NCBI GenBank assembly: GCA_965215335.1
Contig: CBDCDA010000002.1
Span: forward strand, 896,001-960,000
Length of the DNA stretch: 64,000 bases
Source: an uncultured Candidatus Entotheonella sp.
GTDB taxonomy: Bacteria > Tectomicrobia > Entotheonellia > Entotheonellales > Entotheonellaceae
Direction of reading: 5' to 3'
The notes beneath the pieces are model-generated. The model had not been told where the DNA came from. It worked only from the letters and a program-made list of their open reading frames with translations, and ran no database searches. A program made the position numbers and the translations under genes. Of the stretch, positions 1 to 9,700 are shown piece by piece (position 1 is the stretch's first letter; each line of letters opens with the position of its first letter).

Positions 1-358
1 CTGCCGGCCGACGACCTGCTGACACAGATGGACAAGCTGCTCGACGTGCACAGCGACCTGAACCGCCGCGCCCTCAACGACGAGCACGCCGCCAAGCGGG
101 TGGAAACCATGACAGCGCACGGCACCGACTGCGTCTTTCCCCGCTGGCTGCTGCGCCTGGAAGCCGACATCGCCGACCGCCTGGGCGTCCTGCTCAAAGG
201 ACCGACGCCGTTCCATCGCGTCGACCTCGACGACCTCCTGAAGAAAACCCAGGCAAACAGCGGCCTGACGTTCGAAGACGACCAGAAGAAAGCCATCCGC
301 CAAGTCCTGCAGCACAAGGTCTCCATCATCACGGGCGGACCGGGAACCGGAAAGACTA
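1..358 (+). pseudogene. RecD2-like SF1B ATP-dependent DNA helicase, 5' part (runs off window; interrupted by IS5 element)
   Basis: Frame open from base 1 and ends in QKKAI...VSIITGGPGTGKT (Q motif + Walker A). Removing the IS restores GKTTLVRALL in frame with 1204-2336. Confidence 0.88.
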
Positions 359-1201
359 GGTTCAGGACTCATATCCAGAAGATGACCGTGGCAGCAAGGC
401 AGATGGCACTGAAAAAGGTGTGCGCACACCGGTCATAGCGCGTGGCGATGCGACGCCAATCCTTGAGACGACCGAACAGGCGCTCGATGAGATTACGGCT
501 CTTGTAAAGCTCCGTGTCGTAGACAATCGGCTCTTTACGATTGGCACGGCCTGGAATACAGGGCTTGATCTTGCGCTCGGCAAGCGCCTTGCGCAGCCGG
601 TTGCTGTCATAACCCTTGTCGGCAATCAGCACGTCGGCCTCCGGCAATGCGGGCAGCGCCATGTCCGCCCCGCGATAGTCGCTGACCTGGCCCGCAGTCA
701 ACACCATGACGACGGGCTTGCCGTCGCCGTCGCAGACGGCGTGAAGTTTCGAGTTGAGGCCGCCTCGGGTACGCCCGATATGACGCGGAAAAGCCCCCCC
801 TCAAGCAGGCTGGCAGCGGTGCGATGCGCCTTGAGATGCGTGCTGTCGATCATGACGGTCTCGGTGGCCGTGCTGTCGGCGGCCAAGGTTTGGAAGATGC
901 GGTCGAAGACACCGGCCTTGCTCCAGCGCACGAAGCGGTTGTAGAGCGTCTTGTGGGGACCGTAGCAGGCGGGCGCGTGGCGCCACATCAGACCGTATCG
1001 AATGACGTGGATGATGCCGCTGATGACTTTTCGGTCATCGACGCGTGGGACGCCCCGCACCTTGGTGGGTAGCAGGGGTTTCAGGCGGGCAAACTGCACG
1101 TCGGATAGCCAGAAGCAGTGATCGGGCATGATGAACCTCCTTATGAAGTTAGGGTCTTGAATCCTACATGATCAATGATACCCTTTTATAGGTCCTGAGC
1201 C
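359..1201 (-). mobile_element. IS5-family insertion sequence (IS427-like, two-ORF), 843 bp
   Basis: Imperfect terminal IRs GGTTCAGGACT (359-369) and GGTCCTGAGCC (1191-1201); TA on both flanks (357-358, 1202-1203); transposase ORFs inside. Confidence 0.92.
369..1129 (-). CDS. IS5-family transposase, orfA (698-1129) + orfB (369-~790), joined by a frameshift near the G7 run at 794-800
   Basis: orfA: DDRKVISGI...WRHAPACYGPHKTLYNRFVRWS...IDSTHLKAHR. orfB: IADKGYDS...RNLIERLFGRLKDWRRIATRYDR (DDE signature). Confidence 0.9.
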
Positions 1202-1203
1202 TA

Positions 1204-2336
1204 CGCTGGTCCGCGCCCTTCTGCAGGCAGCCAATCAGGCCCGCCTCCGCACCCTCACCTGCGCGCCCACCGGACGCGCCGCCAAGCGCCTGAGCGAAAC
1301 CGCCAGCTGCCATGCCATGACCATTCACCGGTTGCTGGAGATGAACCCGCGCACGCGCCGCTTCGAGCGCGACCGCGACAGGCCCCTGCCCTGCGACCTG
1401 CTGGTAGCAGACGAAGCCTCGATGATCGACGTGCCGCTCATGGCGGCACTGCTCGATGCCGTGCCTGTCGGCAGCGCCCTGGTAGTAGTCGGAGACGTGG
1501 ACCAGCTACCGTCAGTCGGCACCGGCCAGGTACTCAAGGACCTCATCGAAGCAGAGGCCCTGCCGGTCACCCGACTGTCACACGTCTTTCGACAGGCACG
1601 CCAGAGCCGGATCGTGCGCAGCGCCCACCGCATCAACGAAGGACACGTGCCCGACCTGTCGAACCCACCTGCCGACGCGCCGCCAAACGATTTCTACTTC
1701 GTGGGAGCGCGCGACCCGCTGCACACCCGCGAGCTCATCTGCGACCTGGTGTCGCAGCACATTCCGCGACGCTTCGGCCTCGACCCGGCACACGAGGTGC
1801 AAGTGCTATGCCCGATGAAAAAAGGCGCCGCCGGCACCCAGGCGCTCAACGATGCGCTGCGCGAGACCCTGAACCCGAAGGCCGGCGATCCGCTCACCAC
1901 CCTGCGGCATGGCCTCATAAGCTTCAGCACCCACGACCGCGTCATGCAGACCGAGAACGACTACGAAAAGGAAGTCTTCAACGGCGACACCGGCACCGTC
2001 GAGGCCGTCCGACCGGACGGCCTCGACGTGAACTTCGACGGCCGCCTGGTTCATTACCGACCGCGCGACCTGAACAGCCTCACACTCGCTTACGCCATGA
2101 CCATCCATAAAAGCCAGGGGTCGGAATACCCTTGCGTCGTCGTACCCTTCCTGACCGAGCACTACGTGATGCTGCAGCGCAACCTGGCCTACACCGCCAT
2201 CACCCGCGCCCGCCGCCTGGTGATTCTCGTCGGCCAACCAAGGGCGCTGGCCCTTGCCTGCCGCAACGCCGGTGCGCGCAAGCGCTGGTCGGGTCTGAGC
2301 GACTGGATGCAGAAACTCCTGGAAAAGACGATATGA
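1204..2336 (+). pseudogene. RecD2-like helicase, 3' part
   Basis: CAPTGRAAKRLSE, TIHRLL, DEASMID, VGDVDQLPSVG, VFRQA and LAYAMTIHKSQGSEY...YTAITRAR helicase motifs. Confidence 0.92.
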
Positions 2337-2920
2337 ACACCAACCCCAACAACACCTGGTTTCCTACCCGATCGGGCCTCCGCTTCGAGCTGGAAGCACC
2401 GACCACCGACATGATCCATTGGCCCGACGTCGCTTGGAGCCTCGCCAGCCAGTGTCGCTTCAACGGCCATACCGAACGGTTCTACAGCGTTGCCGAACAC
2501 TCCCTGGGGGTGGCCCGCTTGCTGCCCACGCCGCTCCAGACATACGGCCTTCTCCACGACGCCCACGAAGCGTACGTTGGCGATCTGGTGCAGCCACTGA
2601 AAGACATCCTGTTCAAAGATCCAGCGCTGGGCGCCCTCTGGAAACGCATCGAGCACGGCATCGACCGCGCCGTGTACACCAAGGCCGGCCTGCCGATGCC
2701 GACTGCGGAAGAAGCCGCACAAGTCAAAACCGCCGACCTGCGCATGCTGCGGACCGAACGCCGCCAGCTCTTCCCGGACCACACGGAGTGCTGGGCCATC
2801 GACAAAACCAATTACCAGGAAGCAACCTTCAGGGTCGGCCTTCTGTCGCCGCCCCAGGCCGCCCAAGCATGGCTCAACGCATTCGCCTTGAAGATCCCGA
2901 CCGTTCCCTATAATCCATAG
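2333..2920 (+). CDS. HD-domain phosphohydrolase (phage YfdR-like 5'-deoxynucleotidase family)
   Basis: ATG overlaps the helicase stop (ATGA). Motifs RFNGH, YSVAEHS, LLHDAHEAYVGD and KTADLRML. Confidence 0.8.
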   Translation: MNTNPNNTWFPTRSGLRFELEAPTTDMIHWPDVAWSLASQCRFNGHTERFYSVAEHSLGVARLLPTPLQTYGLLHDAHEAYVGDLVQPLKDILFKDPALGALWKRIEHGIDRAVYTKAGLPMPTAEEAAQVKTADLRMLRTERRQLFPDHTECWAIDKTNYQEATFRVGLLSPPQAAQAWLNAFALKIPTVPYNP

Positions 2921-2921
2921 C

Positions 2922-4214
2922 ATGGGAAAAACCGCCAGCCCCGCGCCCCTTTCAAGAGCGCCCCTCACCTTTAGTATCATCCTGCTGTGCCTGGCCCTCA
3001 CGGGCCAGGCACAGCCCGAACAGACCTTCACAAACCAGCCCGAACAGGCCTTCCTCTTGGGCATGCAAGCACTCAGCGACGCGCAAACCGCCGACCCACA
3101 ACGCCGCCGCCATCTCTACCGCCAGGCCGAACGCCTGTTCCACGGCATCCTCGTACGCTACCCCAACAACCAGCGGGTACGCCTGGAACTGGCCAGGACG
3201 TTCTTCCTGCAAGGCAAGGACCACCTCAGCCGCCAGCACTTCGAACGCGTCCTCGCAGGAGGAGAACTACCCGTCCCGGTCATGCAGAATATCTACGCTT
3301 ACCTGCACGCCATCCAGGCGCGCAAGCGCTGGCGCGGCTACCTGGGCGCCGCCCTCGCCCCCGACTCCAACCTGAACGCCGCCTCCGACGACAACGTCGT
3401 CTATATCGACACCCTGTTCGGCCGCCTGCCGTTCGAGTACGAAAGCCCCCCTGAAGCGCGCTCCGGCCTGGGACTGGTCCTGTGGACCGGCGGCGAGCAC
3501 CTGAAACCTCTGGGCAACCGCCTGCGCCTACGCCTGGGCGCAGATCTGCACACCCGGCTCTACGAAGACAGCCACTTCAATCATACGTACCTGAGCGTCT
3601 GGGCTGGCCCCCAGCTACACGCCGCCGCCGACATAAGCCTCCTGGCCTCGGCCTCCCGCCAGTGGCTGAACGACCAGCCGCTCAGCGACGAAGGCGCCCT
3701 GCGCCTGGAAATCACTTACGGCCTGGCGCCCGGCTTGCGCCTGCACGGCGCCCTGACGTACCGGGAACGGAGCTACGACACGTTACGCAACCATCTGAAC
3801 GGCCCGGGCAGCGGCTATACCATACGCCTCAGCTGGCTTCCGGCGCCAATCTTCCAACTGGACCTGCACGCCGGCGCAGACAAGGAACACACGGCCGTCG
3901 ACATTTGGCGGACCACCACCCGCTGGCTCGCCGCCAGCACCACCCTCGACCTGCCGGCCGGCTTCACCTTGGGCGCCAGCATCCAGGTCCGCCGGACCCG
4001 ATTCGACGGCCCCGGCTACGCCCATCTGACGCTCCACGGACGCCCGCGCTTCGACCGCACCCGAACGATCAGCCTGACCATCCTCAACCGCGCCGTCACC
4101 CTCTACGGCTTCAGCCCGCAACTGACCCTGAGCCATGAGATGCGCCTGACCAACGCGCAGACGCAGGGCTTCGACCGCAGCCGCGCCGAGCTCAGCCTGC
4201 AGCGCCAGTTCTGA
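2922..4214 (+). CDS. Surface lipoprotein assembly modifier (Slam/DUF560)-like outer membrane protein: TPR + beta-barrel
   Basis: Signal peptide; TPR-like RVRLELARTFF; LAPDSNLNAAS motif; amphipathic strands; C-terminal SLQRQF with terminal Phe. Confidence 0.75.
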   Translation: MGKTASPAPLSRAPLTFSIILLCLALTGQAQPEQTFTNQPEQAFLLGMQALSDAQTADPQRRRHLYRQAERLFHGILVRYPNNQRVRLELARTFFLQGKDHLSRQHFERVLAGGELPVPVMQNIYAYLHAIQARKRWRGYLGAALAPDSNLNAASDDNVVYIDTLFGRLPFEYESPPEARSGLGLVLWTGGEHLKPLGNRLRLRLGADLHTRLYEDSHFNHTYLSVWAGPQLHAAADISLLASASRQWLNDQPLSDEGALRLEITYGLAPGLRLHGALTYRERSYDTLRNHLNGPGSGYTIRLSWLPAPIFQLDLHAGADKEHTAVDIWRTTTRWLAASTTLDLPAGFTLGASIQVRRTRFDGPGYAHLTLHGRPRFDRTRTISLTILNRAVTLYGFSPQLTLSHEMRLTNAQTQGFDRSRAELSLQRQF

Positions 4215-4218
4215 CCCC

Positions 4219-4398
4219 ATGCCCATGACACTCTTTTTCGCCCGATCTCGGGACGTGCCGAAACCACTCCGCGATGACGTCGACCGTGTCCAGTACCTGA
4301 ACCTGTGGGGCTACGACCACGCCCGCATGACCCGGGCGCCGGCGGCCGTGCGCTGCGACGCCTTGTACTCATCACCGTCATGGCAGTCGCTGTCATGA
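4219..4398 (+). CDS. Small hypothetical protein (59 aa, MPMTLFFARS...), below the ORF-track cutoff
   Basis: Fills the gap between two + strand genes; codon style matches neighbours. Confidence 0.4.
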   Translation: MPMTLFFARSRDVPKPLRDDVDRVQYLNLWGYDHARMTRAPAAVRCDALYSSPSWQSLS

Positions 4399-4414
4399 AA
4401 GAAAGCCGAAAGCC

Positions 4415-4888
4415 ATGAACGAACAAACACCACCCAGCCCGGGACTCATGCTGGCGCGCGTTCAGAATCGCTTGGCACCATGGACCGATGGACCAAGCGC
4501 AGACCGCCCGGCTGACGCCGCATACGTCCTGCCCATCCTCGATGAGGCAATCCGGAACCTGGAAGACCCCAGAAACCGCCACGACGCACGTATCCTCGCT
4601 TTTCTGGTCACCTGCCTCGCCGGGAACCCGGAAGACACGCAGCGGCGCCTGGTCGAGATTTGCGAGGATGCAAACGGCGAGGCCCAAGCCACAGGCACGC
4701 AGGAAGAAAAGGAACTGCTTTGCAAGGCCGTCCGCCAAAGCTTCCCCGAAGACGAAAGCCTCATCCACACCGCAGAAACGTTCCGGGATAGCCCCAAGGC
4801 CTGGAACGTCAACCTGGAAACCCCAGGAAAAAGCCAGTGGCTCATCTACCTGGAACGCCTCGTAGAAAAGAGCGAGACCGGGAAATGA
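4415..4888 (+). CDS. Hypothetical protein
   Basis: 157-aa ORF with plausible composition; stop overlaps the next ATG. Confidence 0.6.
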   Translation: MNEQTPPSPGLMLARVQNRLAPWTDGPSADRPADAAYVLPILDEAIRNLEDPRNRHDARILAFLVTCLAGNPEDTQRRLVEICEDANGEAQATGTQEEKELLCKAVRQSFPEDESLIHTAETFRDSPKAWNVNLETPGKSQWLIYLERLVEKSETGK

Positions 4889-5409
4889 CCGACGAGCGTT
4901 CAAGACACGCCATCCTCGCGGCCCTGCGCAACCAGCCGTTCCAGGTCTCGGGCCTGGCACTGCGGACCCAGGCAATCAGCTACGCGCACCTCGCCAACAT
5001 CCTGTAAACCGCCGACTGGCTGCGGAGCAAGTGCATCCTCGTCCCTCCCGCACCTGGGGCAAGACCACCGTTCGCCCCGGAATACCGCAAGCGCACCTTC
5101 AGGAAAGCAGGCAGCCCTATCGTGACCGCCACGCCCGTCGGCCTCGTCGAGGCGGCCGAAGACGTGCACCACAACCGATGCGACCGCCTGTGCCAATGGC
5201 GCTTCGAGCATCCCTCGGACGAAAGGCTGCTGTACGACGCGGCGTGCATCGCGGCGCACGCGGGGCAAAACCTCACACGGGCCAAGCGCCTCGAAAAACG
5301 AAACCAGGCGATGAAGCCGTTCGACGCCGCGTTCTACCAATTCCTGGAAAGACTGGCAGAAGAGAAAACCGTGCCGCTGGGCATACCCACGGACCTCACA
5401 CCTGCTTGA
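4885..5409 (+). pseudogene. Hypothetical gene with in-frame TAA at 5005-5007
   Basis: ATG at 4885 is coupled to the upstream stop (ATGA). The same frame continues after the TAA into ORF 5122-5409. Confidence 0.55.
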
Positions 5410-5625
5410 CTTTGCCAAGCGATTTACGAAAGATGGCCTCAACAAAGGCGACCGTCATCTCGACCACGACGCCGCAGCTTCGTCAAGCATTGCTGAACAA
5501 CCAGGCGGCAATGTTCTGAAGAGTCTGAAAATCAGCGTGGTTCTTCGGAGCCACACGTGCCGGATCTCCAAACCGCATCCGGCGGCAAGAAATTCTCATG
5601 CCGCCGCCGCGGCGAGGAGAAGGTG

Positions 5626-5946
5626 ATGAACTTGATATTCGATCCCGTAACCCAGATTCTCCAAAATGGTGGAGAATTCAACCTCAATGCCGCCGTCGCC
5701 GCGACGGTCGGCATCGGCCAGATTCTCATGTTCTGGTACGGCATTCACCGAATGAACCAGAACAACAAGGAACGTATGGCCGAAGCAAGAGAAGAGGCCG
5801 AGCGACGCGACAAACAAGACGAGAGGCGCCATAATGAAGTCATGACCTCTCTCGCTCAAGAAAGCCGGGCCCTTGAAACCCTGATCGAACGGACTGCTCC
5901 AACACAACGCGAAGATACACCTCGCGTGATCTTGGCAGTAAGGTAG
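5626..5946 (+). CDS. Small protein: single TM helix + charged coiled coil
   Basis: RBS GAGGAGAAGG before ATG; hydrophobic AAVAATVGIGQILMFWYG followed by an E/R-rich helix. Confidence 0.7.
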   Translation: MNLIFDPVTQILQNGGEFNLNAAVAATVGIGQILMFWYGIHRMNQNNKERMAEAREEAERRDKQDERRHNEVMTSLAQESRALETLIERTAPTQREDTPRVILAVR

Positions 5947-5955
5947 CCATTCCAC

Positions 5956-5981
5956 AGCGCCGCGTCGTATGACGCGGCGCT
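5956..5981 (+). terminator. Hairpin after the TM-coiled-coil gene
   Basis: AGCGCCGCGTC-gtat-GACGCGGCGCT, a perfect 11-bp stem 10 nt after the stop; weak U tail. Confidence 0.5.
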
Positions 5982-6220
5982 TCCCTCCTTAAAGACGCCG
6001 CATCTGCTGAACGGTTCACCTGCTTCCCCTACAGCACCGATCAGCCATCGCCACCAGACCGTCAGGAGCCCCTTGCGGACCCATTCCCAAACAAAAGACC
6101 AGACAGCATCATCCCCGAGCCCGCACGTCCGCCCTGCCGGAGACCCCGCCCCATGACCGTCCCCAAACCGTTCAATCAAGACAGAATGAACTCTCAACCC
6201 ACAAGAAGGCCAGACCCTCA

Positions 6221-6790
6221 TGCGAACACCCACCCGCGTTTCCATCCTCTGCCCTCTGCGGCGACCTCCAGGTAAAAAGCTGCCTCCACAGCCTCGGCCA
6301 TCACATTGATTATTACTGCTTCAGCGTCGGGAACTGCCTCTGCCCGCCCGGACGAACCTTCTCCCTACTCGGAAGCAACATGTGCGGCTTAACCGCCGTC
6401 GACACCCTCACCAACGACATCCGCTACGACGGCGGCCGCCACAGCGGAACCCTGAGCAATGCCTACCAGGTCAGCTTCCAACAGACGTGCCACGCGATTG
6501 TTTCTCCATGGGCCGACCGCGGCTTTCCCGACCTGCAAATCTCACAGGCCACCGGAAAAGTGGCTCGCCAGCCTCAAGAAGATGCCAAACGAAAACCACC
6601 TGCGCTCCATGACCAAGGACTTCGCCAGGCAAACCGCGGACATAGCGCGAAGCCTGCGCATCGAGCAGACGAAGAAGGAATGGCCCTTCACGCTTCCGAA
6701 CAAGTCGGAGAAATCAGCATGAACGTTGAATCATCACGTTTCCGGGACGTCGCAGACCGTATTGACAAGTACGCCGATAAATTACGCACC
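6221..6790 (+). pseudogene. Probable decayed/frameshifted hypothetical gene(s)
   Basis: Coding-like sequence switches between frames (ORFs 6380- and 6459-6722); no clean start; no recognisable family. Confidence 0.3.
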
Positions 6791-6795
6791 GATGC

Positions 6796-6834
6796 AAGGG
6801 CGGACGCTTCCTGCAGGAAGCGTCCGCCCTTTTT
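6796..6834 (+). terminator. Intrinsic terminator / perfect 36-bp palindrome
   Basis: AAGGGCGGACGCTTCCTG|CAGGAAGCGTCCGCCCTT ending in a T run. Confidence 0.7.
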
Positions 6835-6921
6835 CGACATTCTGAAACCCTTTCCAAACCTTGACTCAACACCCCATCTTATTTCACCATGTACTTACCC
6901 CAATAAAGAAAGGAAACACCC

Positions 6922-7314
6922 ATGAATGACCGAATGAGTAGCGAAATGATAGCGATCCTTGGGGTTGGCGCGACGGTTCTGGTTATCGGCGTGACGATCC
7001 TGGCACTCGGCTGGAACATGTACAGCAGTCTGAACAACAGCTTGAATAGCCGCATTGACGGACTGAACAACAGCTTGAATAGCCGCATTGACGGACTGAA
7101 CGGTCGCATTAACCAGGTGCAGGCCGAAAACCAGCGCCAACACGACGCCACACGAGATGAGGTCAACCAACTACGAACCGAGATGAACCGGCGCTTCGAT
7201 ACGATGCAGACCGAGAACCAGCGCCAGTACGACGCCATCAAGGAGGTCCTGCGCGTCTTTGAAGGACGCATCACCCGCCTTGAAGAACAGACCGACATCG
7301 AACCCACCGAATAA
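6922..7314 (+). CDS. Membrane-anchored coiled-coil protein with 11-aa repeats
   Basis: RBS AAGGAAA; N-terminal TM (IAILGVGATVLVIGVTILALGW); LNNSLNSRIDG x2; C-terminal GRITRLE. Confidence 0.8.
   Translation: MNDRMSSEMIAILGVGATVLVIGVTILALGWNMYSSLNNSLNSRIDGLNNSLNSRIDGLNGRINQVQAENQRQHDATRDEVNQLRTEMNRRFDTMQTENQRQYDAIKEVLRVFEGRITRLEEQTDIEPTE
7030..7101 (+). repeat. Exact 33-bp tandem repeat (2 copies + partial)
   Basis: CTGAACAACAGCTTGAATAGCCGCATTGACGGA at 7030-7062 and 7063-7095. Confidence 0.95.
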
Positions 7315-7326
7315 CTCCCTCAACGC

Positions 7327-7977
7327 TCAAACAGAACATTTGAGAACCAGAAAACGGTAAACGGGAACAGAAAACCTGCCCCCGAGACCAAAAGAAAACA
7401 AGCTGACGCGCGATTCAACCCGCTCAAAAACCCCCTCCACAAGCCCGACATACCCTCCCACCTCACGAACAAACCGCCCGCGGTCGTGACGAGCCAGCCA
7501 GTCCGGCACGACGAAGACGTTTCCAGGAGAAAAGAACCCATCAAGCGTCAGCAGAAAACCGCCAAGGGAAAGCGCCCCTCTTGCTTCTTCCAGAAGCCGG
7601 GATGCCACACCGTCGTCCAGGTGATGAAGAACACCCAGCGCCAAGACCAGATCGAAGGTCTCCAGACCGTCAGGAAGAAACGACCCCCGAGAGCCGTCCC
7701 GGAGATAAAACGACGCCGAAACACCGAAACGGGCGGCACGGCAGCGCGCCCGCCGCAGATAACCCGCGTTCATGTCCACCCCAACGTAGGCCGCAGGCCG
7801 AAGAAACTTCAGAGCACTCCCGGTGCCACAGCCAAGGTCAAGGACACGAAGTGAAGAAGACGACGGCAAAAGAGACGAAACGGCTTTCACAACGCAGGCA
7901 TGCGCCCCGGTCCCGGACTGAAACGAGTCAAAAAGCAGCCCGGAAGCAAGAAGTCTCTCCGTGAGCCAATTCACCAT
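7327..7977 (-). CDS. Class I SAM-dependent methyltransferase
   Basis: VLDLGCGTG, YVGVD, FDLVLALGVLHHLDD and LARHDRGRFVR motifs; start codon uncertain. Confidence 0.85.
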   Translation of the reverse strand: MVNWLTERLLASGLLFDSFQSGTGAHACVVKAVSSLLPSSSSLRVLDLGCGTGSALKFLRPAAYVGVDMNAGYLRRARCRAARFGVSASFYLRDGSRGSFLPDGLETFDLVLALGVLHHLDDGVASRLLEEARGALSLGGFLLTLDGFFSPGNVFVVPDWLARHDRGRFVREVGGYVGLVEGVFERVESRVSLFSFGLGGRFSVPVYRFLVLKCSV

Positions 7978-8172
7978 GCCATCCAACCTCGTAATTCCGG
8001 CGCTCAGTCTGCATCCGCTGGCCACCGAGTTCCCGACCCGCTACGCGCTCGCCAACCACGCCTCTATGTCCATGCCGCTCTATTCCCTCTACGAATCCGA
8101 CAGCCTCGCCAGCTTCGACGACAAGGCCGTCATCCAGGCAGTCCGAAGCCCGCGACCACTGCCCTGACTATT

Positions 8173-9700
8173 GTAAGCGTTCAGGGGGGCCAAGTGTGCA
8201 GGTATCTATTGCATGACGGCCCTATTATGGGCTACGGTCACACTCGTTTTTCGCTCTCCCGTTGTCCTTCTCAGGAAGTCCCGAACGGAACCGTCGATAC
8301 CGCCTGAGTCGCTGTCGCAAACCGATTGGCAGCACACACCACCGGCTGTACAAGCCTATCTCTTCACCCTGCACCAACGCCTGGCCCAACTCCAGGAACA
8401 AATCGACCAACTCCAAAAGCGCTTGCAACGCACGTCCAAGACAACCGACAAACCACCCTCGTCGGATTCACCCTTCCAAAGACCTGTCAGCAAGCAAGAC
8501 AAGCCCCCAGGCAAACGGGGCGCACGAATGGGCCATCCTGGGTCAGGCTCCAGATTGCTCCGTCCCACCGAGCGGCGGGCCATCCATCCCGGACCTTGTG
8601 CCTGCGGCCAGGGCGTACCTGGCCAGACAGCGCCGTATCACCTCCATCAGGTCATGGAGTTGCCACCCATGGCGTTGCACGTCACCCACTAGGTCTTGCA
8701 CCAAGGCCGATGTTCAGGCTGTGGCCGGCTGCTCAAGGCCCGCCTCCCCAAGGCGCAGCAAACCGGCTATGGCCCGCGTCTGACGGCCTTGATTGGCGAA
8801 CTCAGTGCCATGCACCGCATCTCCCGGCGCGGCGTACAGGATTTCTGTCGCTCGGTGTTGGGTGTGCCAATCAGCCTGGGGGCGATTCAGCGTCTCATCG
8901 ACCGTACCTCCCTGGCTATTGTGCCGCACGATGCGGCCATGGCTCGCTTGGCCCGCAAGGCACGGGTGGGCTACGTTGACGAGATGCCCTGGTACTGCCG
9001 CCATGCCTTGCAATGGCTCTGGAGCATGGTCACGGATACCGTCGCCCTGTACCGTATTCATCCCAAGCGTTCGCAGGAAGCCTTCGGGTCTTTGATCAAG
9101 GATTGTCGCGGCATCCTGGTCAGTGACGGCTACGGGGTGTATCAAGCCTGGGGCAATGCTCGTCAGACCTGCTTGGCGCATCTCATTCGTCGTGCCCGGG
9201 AGTTGTCGCAGCGACAGGTTCCTGGCCTTGCTGCCTGTGGCAAGGCGGTCTTGCAGGAACTCCAGCGTTTGTGTCAGATGGCTCACGCGCCGCCAAGTGG
9301 GGGGGCAATGGCAGGCATGGTATGCGCGGTTGTGTCGTCTGATGAAACGCCATGGGCTGCGCCCTGATGATGGCGGTCGTCTGGTGAGGTGCTTACGGCG
9401 CGAGTTGGGTTCGTTGTGGGTGTTTCTCAACGAGTCGGGAGTTGAGCCGACCAACAACCGGGCGGAGCGCGCCTTGCGCTTTGGCGTGTTGTGGCGCAAG
9501 AGTTCCTTGGGTACGGCGAGTATCAAGGGCAATGCCTGGGTGCAACGGAGTCTGTCGCTGCGTCAGACATGTCGGCAACTGGAACAATCGACCTTCTCGG
9601 TGTTGGTTGACGCCCTTGAGGCGTTCATGCACGACCGTCCGCCTGACCTCTCTTGGCTCTACGATAACCCCTCCCATTGCACGGCCCTCTGAACGCTTAC
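8173..9700 (+). mobile_element. IS66-family element (tnpC-only type), 1528 bp
   Basis: Terminal IRs GTAAGCGTTCAGGGGGGCC and GGCCCTCTGAACGCTTAC, typical IS66 ends; no matching 8-bp target duplication. Confidence 0.92.
8213..9692 (+). pseudogene. IS66 transposase TnpC, disrupted (TAG at 8690-8692; frameshift at G7 run 9299-9305)
   Basis: Leucine zipper + KPPSSD, Zn finger, VDE, LVSDGYGVY, QTCLAHLIR and PTNNRAERALR spread over three ORFs. Confidence 0.9.

Noticed and set aside
2333..2920. DatZ of a 2-aminoadenine (Z-genome) pathway
   Set aside because: No purZ or mazZ in the window; motifs fit the generic phage YfdR-like HD family.
7961..8167. 68-aa + strand ORF before IS66
   Set aside because: It overlaps the methyltransferase start head-to-head and has no RBS or motif; cannot be supported, though not excluded.
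8690..8692. In-frame TAG as pyrrolysine/readthrough
   Set aside because: It sits in a transposase that also carries a frameshift; a simple nonsense mutation (likely TGG to TAG) explains it.
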